From the sequence record NC_048046.1: a stretch of DNA of 64,000 nucleotides; one strand, written 5' to 3'. Both the position numbers and the translations under genes were made by a program. Every line of letters starts with the position of its first letter. Positions within the stretch are counted from its first letter, which is position 1. Of the stretch, positions 63,085 through 64,000 are shown piece after piece. The notes below the pieces were generated by a model. It was not told the origin of the DNA and did not search any database. It worked only from the letters and a program-made list of their open reading frames with translations.

Positions 63085-63467
63085 TGGGCCTGAACTGTTC
63101 GCACGACGCCTTCGATGGTGCCTATTCGCGCTTCCAGCGCTTCCGCGTGGCGATCTGCCGCGCGATGGGCGGGAGCTACCCCAACGGCTACGATGGGGAG
63201 ACCAACTGGTACTATGGTCCCGGCATGGACAGCGGGACCCATCCGGGCCTCTACATCCTCCTCTGCCACAGCGACTGCGACGGCTCGATGACGTCCAAGG
63301 AGTGCCGGCTGGTCGCGGACGACCTGGACAAGATGGTCCCGCTGCTCGCTCAGCTTCCTGACCACGATCCCACTGATCGCCGCTTCAGCTACGTCGAGAT
63401 GGCGGAGACGTTTGCGGCCGGCTGCCGTCTGGCGGCGTCGAAGCGTCAGAAGCTGAAGTTCATGTGA
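63084..63467 (+). CDS. conserved phage protein
   Basis: MGLNCSH..GAYSRF..LLCHSDCDG. Confidence 0.75.
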   Translation: MGLNCSHDAFDGAYSRFQRFRVAICRAMGGSYPNGYDGETNWYYGPGMDSGTHPGLYILLCHSDCDGSMTSKECRLVADDLDKMVPLLAQLPDHDPTDRRFSYVEMAETFAAGCRLAASKRQKLKFM

Positions 63468-63766
63468 TGGATCAGCCTACGAAAAAGCCAACCGGCTACC
63501 GCGTCGAACGCCTGGGCTTCTTCGAACGCCGCGTGCCAACCTACGACGAGGCCTCGCCTGAGCCGCCGGCGCCGAAGCGCGACTGGCTGACGTGGTTGAT
63601 CGCTTCCCTGCTCTGGGGAGGTGCGATCTTCGCCGTGGCGCGTGCGTCGGGCCTTCCCATCTGGAGCACCGGATTTACGATCGACGCTACTGATCTGAGT
63701 CTCCTCCCGTTCGGTGCCTGGAACATCTGGTTCTTCCAAGGCCTAGCCAAGAAGGTGCGCCGATGA
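63464..63766 (+). CDS. two-TM membrane protein
   Basis: hydrophobic segments; ATGA coupling. Confidence 0.65.
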   Translation: MMDQPTKKPTGYRVERLGFFERRVPTYDEASPEPPAPKRDWLTWLIASLLWGGAIFAVARASGLPIWSTGFTIDATDLSLLPFGAWNIWFFQGLAKKVRR

Positions 63767-64000
63767 GCCCGCGTCATCAAATCGTTCAGATGCTCAACGC
63801 CGATCTCATTCAACTCAATGAGGATGGGACAGGCAAGCTGGTCGATCAGCCTCACGACCTAATCATCCAACTCAACCTCAACTACGTCGACCATGGTCAT
63901 ATGGTCGACGTAGTTGAGCTTGGCATCCAGGCCATGGTTGCTCGCGAGGAGTTGCTGAAGGTAACCCGCGAGAGCCCGCCTCATCCGATGACGGCCGAGG
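63763..64000 (+). CDS. hypothetical protein, truncated by window edge
   Basis: ATGA overlap; frame open to 64000. Confidence 0.55.
   Translation, partial: MSPRHQIVQMLNADLIQLNEDGTGKLVDQPHDLIIQLNLNYVDHGHMVDVVELGIQAMVAREELLKVTRESPPHPMTAE

Noticed and set aside
1-64000. CRISPR array or canonical tRNA/rRNA genes
   Set aside because: No regularly spaced repeat-spacer array and no cloverleaf with a TTCRA T-loop and 7-nt anticodon loop seen by eye; tRNAscan-SE would be decisive.
1-64000. Integrase, transposase, IS ends, or structural/replication genes
   Set aside because: No such motifs recognised in any ORF.

Overview
This window is 64 kb of a GC-rich, densely packed giant phage genome. Nearly all credible genes (about 135) lie on the + strand, and many are coupled by ATGA/GTGA/TGATG overlaps. 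No capsid, tail, terminase or polymerase genes are recognisable, so it looks like an early/accessory (host take-over) region. An HfaB-like secretion-pore gene, a CtrA-like box and an alphaproteobacterial XRE regulator point to a Caulobacter/Brevundimonas host and a phiCbK/Colossus-like phage; this is inference. The region is split into short units by two recurring promoter families: class A, GTTGACAG[C/A]CGG (13 copies), and class B, TTGAC..GTTTCTTTACA (11 copies). Highlights: (1) a self-contained holdfast-anchor/curli-like export operon (hfaA-like, hfaB/csgG, hfaD-like) with an upstream CtrA-like site and its own terminator; (2) a 98-aa mini EF-Ts consisting only of the TDF-bearing subdomain N; (3) a ~270-nt highly structured intergenic RNA directly after an orphan helical-protein gene; (4) a second structured intergenic cluster containing a cloverleaf and a 53-nt element repeated 13 kb away; (5) a dispersed translation/tRNA toolkit (RlmN-like radical SAM lacking the resolving Cys, CCA-type nucleotidyltransferase, Thg1, Pth2-like, RNA-repair-type HAD, R2K-type ATP-grasp); (6) a HAD + ComF-like PRTase pair; and (7) BCS1-type AAA ATPase, AlkB-like, DUF262 and HNH genes. 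All family calls come from motif recognition by eye, with no database searches.
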